A stretch of DNA of 64,000 nucleotides from the human T2T-CHM13v2.0 reference genome, Homo sapiens, in the NCBI RefSeq assembly GCF_009914755.1, contig NC_060925.1; one strand, written 5' to 3'. The notes beneath the pieces are model-generated. The model was given only the letters and a program-made list of their open reading frames with translations, was not told where the DNA came from and made no database searches. Positions 57,351-64,000 of the stretch are shown piece by piece. Position 1 is the stretch's first letter. The number at the start of each line of letters is the position of its first letter. The translations under genes and the position numbers were made by a program.

Positions 57351-58736
57351 ATGGAATCGTCATCGAATGAATTGAATGCAATCATCGAATGGTCTCGAAT
57401 GGAATCATCTTCTAATGGAAAGGAATGGAATCATCGCATAGAATCGAATGGAATTATCATCGAATGGAATCGAATGGTATCAACACCAAACGGAAAAAAA
57501 CGGAATTATCGAATGGAATCGAAGAGAATCTTCGAACGGACCCGAATGGAATCATCTAATGGAATGGAATGGAATAATCCATGGACTCGAATGCAATCAT
57601 CATCGAATGGAATCGAATGGAATCATCGAATGGACTCGAATGGAATAATCATTGAACGGAATCGAATGGAATCATTATCAGATGGAAACGAATGGAATCA
57701 TCATCGAATGGAAATGAAAGGAGTCATCATCTAATGGAATTGCATGGAATCATCATAAAATGGAATCGAATGGAATCATCATCGAATGGAATCGAATAGA
57801 ATTATGGAATGAAATCCAGTGTGATCATCATCGAATGGACCCGAATGGAATCATCATCCAACGGAAGCTAATGGAATCAACATCGAATGAATCGAATGGA
57901 AACACCATCGAATTGAAACGAATGGAATTATCATGAAATTGAAATGGATGGACTCATCATCGAATGGATTCGAATGGAATCATCGAATAAAATTGATTGA
58001 AATCATCATCAAATGGAATCGGATGGTATCATTGAATGGAATCGAATGGAATCATCATCAGATGGAAATGAATGGAATCGTCATAGAATGGAATCGAATG
58101 GATTCATTGAATGGAATCAGATGGAATCATCGAATGGACTGGAATGGAATCATTGAATGGACTCGAAAGGGATCATGATTGAATGGAATTGAATGGAATC
58201 ATCGAATGGTCTCGATTGGAATCATTATCAAATGGAATCGAATGGAATCACCGAATAGAATCGAATGGAACAATCATCGAATGGACTCAAATGGAATTAT
58301 CCTCCAATGGAATCGAATGGAATTATCGAATGCAATCGAATGGAATTATCGAATGCAATCGAATAGAATCATCGAATGGACTCGAATGGAATCATCGAAT
58401 GGAATGGAATGGAACAGTCAATGAACTCGAATGGAATCATCATTGAATGGAATCCAATGGAATCATCGAGTGGAATCGAATGGAATTATGATCAAATGGA
58501 ATCGAATGTAATCATCATCAAATGGAATCAAAAATAACCATCATCAATTGGTATTGAATGGAATTGTCATCAAATGGAATTCAAAGGAATCATCATCAAA
58601 TGGAACCGAATGGAATCCTCATTGAATGGAAATGAAAGGGGTCATCATCTAATGGAATCGCATGGAATCATCATCAAATGGAATCGAATGGAATCATCAT
58701 CAAATGGAATCTAATGGAATCATTGAACAGAATTGA
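57351..58736 (+). repeat. 1386-bp truncated unit (390-bp deletion of most of copy B)
   Basis: Anchor spacing 1386; junction 'cataaaatggaatcgaatggaatcatcatcgaatggaatcgaatagaattatgg' at ~57768-57778. Confidence 0.93.
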
Positions 58737-61700
58737 ATGGAATCGTCATCGAATGAATTGAATGCAATCATCGAATGGTCTCGAATGGAATCATCTTCTA
58801 ATGGAAAGGAATGGAATCATCGCATAGAATCGAATGGAATTATCATCGAATGGAATCGAATGGTATCAACACCAAACGGAAAAAAACGGAATTATCGAAT
58901 GGAATCGAAGAGAATCTTCGAACGGACCCGAATGGAATCATCTAATGGAATGGAATGGAATAATCCATGGACTCGAATGCAATCATCATCGAATGGAATG
59001 GAATGGAATCATCGAATGGACTCGAATGGAATAATCATTGAACGGAATCGAATGGAATCATCATCGGATGGAAACGAATGGAATCATCATCGAATGGAAA
59101 TGAAAGGAGTCATCATCTAATGGAATTGCATGGAATCATCATAAAATGGAATCGAATGGAATCAACATCAAATGGAATCAAATGGAATCATTGAACGGAA
59201 TTGAATGGAATCGTCATCGAATGAATTGACTGCAATCATCGAATGGTCTCGAATGGAATCACCTTCAAATGGAATGGAATGGAATCATCGCATAGAATCG
59301 AATGGACTTATCATCGAATGGAATCGAATGGAATCAACATCAAACGGAAAAAAACGGAATTATCGAATGGAATCGAAGAGAATCATCGAATGGACCCGAA
59401 TGGAATCATCTAATGGAATGGAATGGAATAATCCATGGACTCGAATGCAATCATCATCGAATGGAATCGAATGGAATCATCCAATGGACTCGAATGGAAT
59501 AATCATTGAACGGAATCGAATGGAATCATCATCGGATGGAAATGAATGGAATCATCATCGAATGGAATCGAATAGAATTATGGAATGAAATCCAGTGTGA
59601 TCATCATCGAATGGACCCGAATGGAATCATCATCCAACGGAAGCTAATGGAATCAACATCGAATGAATCGAATGGAAACACCATCGAATTGAAACGAATG
59701 GAATTATCATGAAATTGAAATGGATGGACTCATCATCGAATGGATTCGAATGGAATCATCGAATAAAATTGATTGAAATCATCATCGAATGGAATCGAAT
59801 GGTATCATTGAATGGAATCGAATGGAATCATCATCAGATGGAAATGAATGGAATCGTCATAGAATGGAATCGAATGGATTCATTGAATGGAATCAGATGG
59901 AATCATCGAATGGACTGGAATGGAATCATTGAATGGACTCGAAAGGGATCATGATTGAATGGAATTGAATGGAATCATCGAATGGTCTCGATTGGAATCA
60001 TTATCAAATGGAATCGAATGGAATCACCGAATAGAATCGAATGGAACAATCATCGAATGGACTCAAATGGAATTATCCTCAAATGGAATCGAATGGAATT
60101 ATCGAATGCAATCGAATTGAATTATCGAATGCAATCGAATAGATTCATCGAATGGACTCGAATGGAATCATCGAATGGAATGGAATGGAACAGTCAATGA
60201 ACACGAATGGAATCATCATTGAATGGAATCGAATGGAATCATCGAGTGGAATCGAATGGAATTATGATCAAATGGAATGGAATGTAATCATCATCAAATG
60301 GAATCAAAAATAACCATCATCAATTGGTATTGAATGGAATTGTCATCAAATGGAATTCAAAGGAATCATCATCAAATGGAACCGAATGGTATCCTCATTG
60401 AATGGAAATGAAAGGGGTCATCATCTAATGGAATCGCATGGAATCATCATCAAATGGAATCGAATGGAATCATCATCAAATGGAATCTAATGGAATCATT
60501 GAACAGAATTGAATGGAATCGTCATCGAATGAATTGAATGCAATCATCGAATGGTCTCGAATGGAATCATCTTCTAATGGAAAGGAATGGAATCATCGCA
60601 TAGAATCGAATGGAATTATCATCGAATGGAATCGAATGGTATCAACACCAAACGGAAAAAAACGGAATTATCGAATGGAATCGAAGAGAATCTTCGAACG
60701 GACCCGAATGGAATCATCTAATGGAATGGAATGGAATAATCCATGGACTCGAATGCAATCATCATCGAATGGAATCGAATGGAATCATCGAATGGACTCG
60801 AATGGAATAATCATTGAACGGAATCGAATGGAATCATCATCGGATGGAAACGAATGGAATCGTCATCGAATGGAAATGAAAGGATTCATCATCTAATGGA
60901 ATTGCATGGAATCATCATAAAATGGAATCGAATGGAATCAACATCAAATGGAATCAAATGGAATCATTGAACGGAATTGAATGGAATCGTCATCGAATGA
61001 ATTGACTGCAATCATCGAATGGTCTCGAATGGAATCATCTTCAAATGGAATGGAATGGAATCATCGCATAGAATCGAATGGAATTATCATCGAATGGAAT
61101 CGAATGGAATCAACATCAAACGGAAAAAAACGGAATTATCGAATGGAATCGAAGAGAATCATCGAATGGACCCGAATGGAATCATCTAATGGAATGGAAT
61201 GGAATAATCCATGGACTCGAATGCAATCATCATCGAATGGAATCGAATGGAATCATCGAATGGACTCGAATGGAATAATCATTGAACGGAATCGAATGGA
61301 ATCATCATCGGATGGAAATGAATGGAATCATCATCGAATGGAATCGAATAGAATTATGGAATGAAATCCAGTGTGATCATCATCGAATGGACCCGAATGG
61401 AATCATCATCCAACGGAAGCTAATGGAATCAACATCGAATGAATCAAATGGAAACACCATCGAATTGAAACGAATGGAATTATCATGAAATTGAAATGGA
61501 TGGACTCATCATCGAATGGATTCGAATGGAATCATCGAATAAAATTGATTGAAATCATCATCGAATGGAATCGAATGGTATCATTGAATGGAATCGAATG
61601 GAATCATCATCAGATGGAAATGAATGGAATCGTCATAGAATGGAATCGAATGGATTCATTGAATGGAATCAGATGGAATCATCGAATGGACTGGAATGGA

Positions 61701-62288
61701 ATCATTGAATGGACTCGAAAGGGATCATGATTGAATGGAATTGAATGGAATCATCGAATGGTCTCGATTGGAATCATTATCAAATGGAATCGAATGGAAT
61801 CACCGAATAGAATCGAATGGAACAATCATCGAATGGACTCAAATGGAATTATCCTCAAATGGAATCGAATGGAATTATCGAATGCAATCGAATGGAATTA
61901 TCGAATGCAATCGAATAGAATCATCGAATGGACTCGAATGGAATCATCGAATGGAATGGAATGGAACAGTCAATGAACTCGAATGGAATCATCATTGAAT
62001 GGAATCGAATGGAATCATCGAGTGGAATCGAATGGAATTATGATCAAATGGAATCGAATGTAATCATCATCAAATGGAATCAAAAATAACCATCATCAAT
62101 TGGTATTGAATGGAATTGTCATCAAATGGAATTCAAAGGAATCATCATCAAATGGAACCGAATGGAATCCTCATTGAATGGAAATGAAAGGGGTCATCAT
62201 CTAATGGAATCGCATGGAATCATCATCAAATGGAATCGAATGGAATCATCATCAAATGGAATCTAATGGAATCATTGAACAGAATTGA

Positions 62289-64000
62289 ATGGAATCGTCA
62301 TCGAATGAATTGAATGCAATCATCGAATGGTCTCGAATGGAATCATCTTCTAATGGAAAGGAATGGAATCATCGCATAGAATCGAATGGAATTATCATCG
62401 AATGGAATCGAATGGTATCAACACCAAACGGAAAAAAACGGAATTATCGAATGGAATCGAAGAGAATCTTCGAACGGACCCGAATGGAATCATCTAATGG
62501 AATGGAATGGAATAATCCATGGACTCGAATGCAATCATCATCGAATGGAATCGAATGGAATCATCGAATGGACTCGAATGGAATAATCATTGAACGGAAT
62601 CGAATGGAATCATCATCGGATGGAAACGAATGGAATCATCATCGAATGGAAATGAAAGGAGTCATCATCTAATGGAATTGCATGGAATCATCATAAAATG
62701 GAATCGAATGGAATCAACATCAAATGGAATCAAATGGAATCATTGAACGGAATTGAATGGAATCGTCATCGAATGAATTGACTGCAATCATCGAATGGTC
62801 TCGAATGGAATCATCTTCAAATGGAATGGAATGGAATCATCGCATAGAATCGAATGGAATTATCATCGAATGGAATCGAATGGAATCAACATCAAACGGA
62901 AAAAAACGGAATTATCGAATGGAATCGAAGAGAATCATCGAATGGACCCGAATGGAATCATCTAATGGAATGGAATGGAATAATCCATGGACTCGAATGC
63001 AATCATCATCGAATGGAATCGAATGGAATCATCGAATGGACTCGAATGGAATAATCATTGAACGGAAACGAATGGAATCATCATCGGATGGAAATGAATG
63101 GAATCATCATCGAATGGAATCGAATAGAATTATGGAATGAAATCCAGTGTGATCATCATCGAATGGACCCGAATGGAATCATCATCCAACGGAAGCTAAT
63201 GGAATCAACATCGAATGAATCAAATGGAAACACCATCGAATTGAAACGAATGGAATTATCATGAAATTGAAATGGATGGACTCATCATCGAATGGATTCG
63301 AATGGAATCATCGAATAAAATTGATTGAAATCATCATCAAATGGAATCGAATGGTATCATTGAATGGAATCGAATGGAATCGTCATCAGATGGAAATGAA
63401 TGGAATCGTCATAGAATGGAATCGAATGGATTCATTGAATGGAATCAGATGGAATCATCGAATGGACTGGAATGGAATCATTGAATGGACTCGAAAGGGA
63501 TCATGATTGAATGGAATTGAATGGAATCATCGAATGGTCTCGATTGGAATCATTATCAAATGGAATCGAATGGAATCACCGAATAGAATCGAATGGAACA
63601 ATCATCGAATGGACTCAAATGGAATTATCCTCAAATGGAATCGAATGGAATTATCGAATGCAATCGAATAGAATCATCGAATGGACTCGAATGGAATCAT
63701 CGAATGGAATGGAATGGAACAGTCAATGAACTCGAATGGAATCATCATTGAATGGAATCGAATGGAATCATCAAGTGGAATCGAATGGAATTATGATCAA
63801 ATGGAATCGAATGTAATCATCATCAAATGGAATCAAAAATAACCATCATCAATTGGTATTGAATGGAATTGTCATCAAATGGAATTCAAAGGAATCATCA
63901 TCAAATGGAACCGAATGGAATCCTCATTGAATGGAAATGAAAGGGGTCATCATCTAATGGAATCGCATGGAATCATCATCAAATGGAATCGAAGGGAATC
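62289..64000 (+). repeat. Final unit (cut by window edge) with a 23-bp deletion
   Basis: Only one copy of 'gaatggaattatcgaatgcaatc' (63643-63665) instead of two; the EcoRI site lies at 63882, 23 bp earlier than the expected 63905. Confidence 0.9.

Larger units (their letters stand above)
1..64000 (+). repeat. Human Satellite II (HSat2/HSATII) tandem array, ~1.776-kb unit; most likely chr1q12 pericentromeric heterochromatin (HSat2A2 / D1Z1 / pUC1.77 type)
   Basis: Every line consists of GGAAT/CGAAT pentamers interleaved with CATCAT/ATC, the complement of the (CATTCGATTC)-type HSat2 consensus, with dense TCGA. Landmarks such as 'gaaatccagtgtgatc', 'aacggaagctaatgg', 'aacagtcaatgaac' and 'aaaggggtcatc' recur mostly at 1772-1781 bp spacing. 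HSat2 identity is near certain; the chr1 assignment is inferred from the 1.77-kb EcoRI period. Confidence 0.97.

Noticed and set aside
86-63729. The many repeated 60-163 aa ORFs (MESSSNELNA..., MKLKWMDSS..., MNGIEWNH...)
   Set aside because: They are low-complexity translations of GGAAT/CGAAT pentamers, overlap in several frames, recur with the DNA period and are freely broken by indels and stops. There is no domain, promoter or splice evidence.
1-64000. CRISPR-like repeat/spacer array or prokaryotic system
   Set aside because: There are no unique spacers and no cas or other genes; all intervening sequence is itself repeated satellite.
1-64000. HSat3, alpha satellite or telomeric repeat identity
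   Set aside because: Pure GGAAT runs are only 3-4 copies long and CATCATCGAAT motifs dominate, as in HSat2. No 171-bp monomer, CENP-B box or TTAGGG tract was seen.
1-64000. Inversion or transposon (Alu/L1) insertion
   Set aside because: No ATTCC-oriented stretch, poly-A tail or non-satellite sequence was seen, and all anchor spacings are explained by the listed indels.

Overview
The whole 64 kb window is one uninterrupted human Satellite II (HSat2/HSATII) array in a single orientation, with the GGAAT/CGAAT-rich strand on +. Diverged pentamers form 23/26-bp subunits, which build a ~1.776-kb unit (two tandem 468-bp copies plus an 840-bp segment) carrying one EcoRI site. This matches the classical 1.77-kb chromosome 1q12 satellite (pUC1.77/D1Z1, HSat2A2); that assignment is an inference from period and motifs. 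Using the recurring 'MESSSNELNA..GKEW' ORF start as an anchor there are 38 units. The 37 complete intervals are 23x1776, 4x1772, 4x1063, 2x1777, and one each of 1781, 1775, 1519 and 1386 bp; the last unit carries a 23-bp deletion. I see no genes, transposons, RNA genes or inversions, and all listed ORFs are artefacts of the repeat. I find no new gene system. The informative signal is the array's internal history: nested local higher-order repeats (2-, 3- and 4-unit), a ~15.3-kb duplication, microhomology-joined deletions, conversion mosaics, and a ~210-bp strongly divergent tract at 8285-8496 that looks imported from another HSat2 lineage. All variant calls and counts were made by eye and need alignment to confirm.
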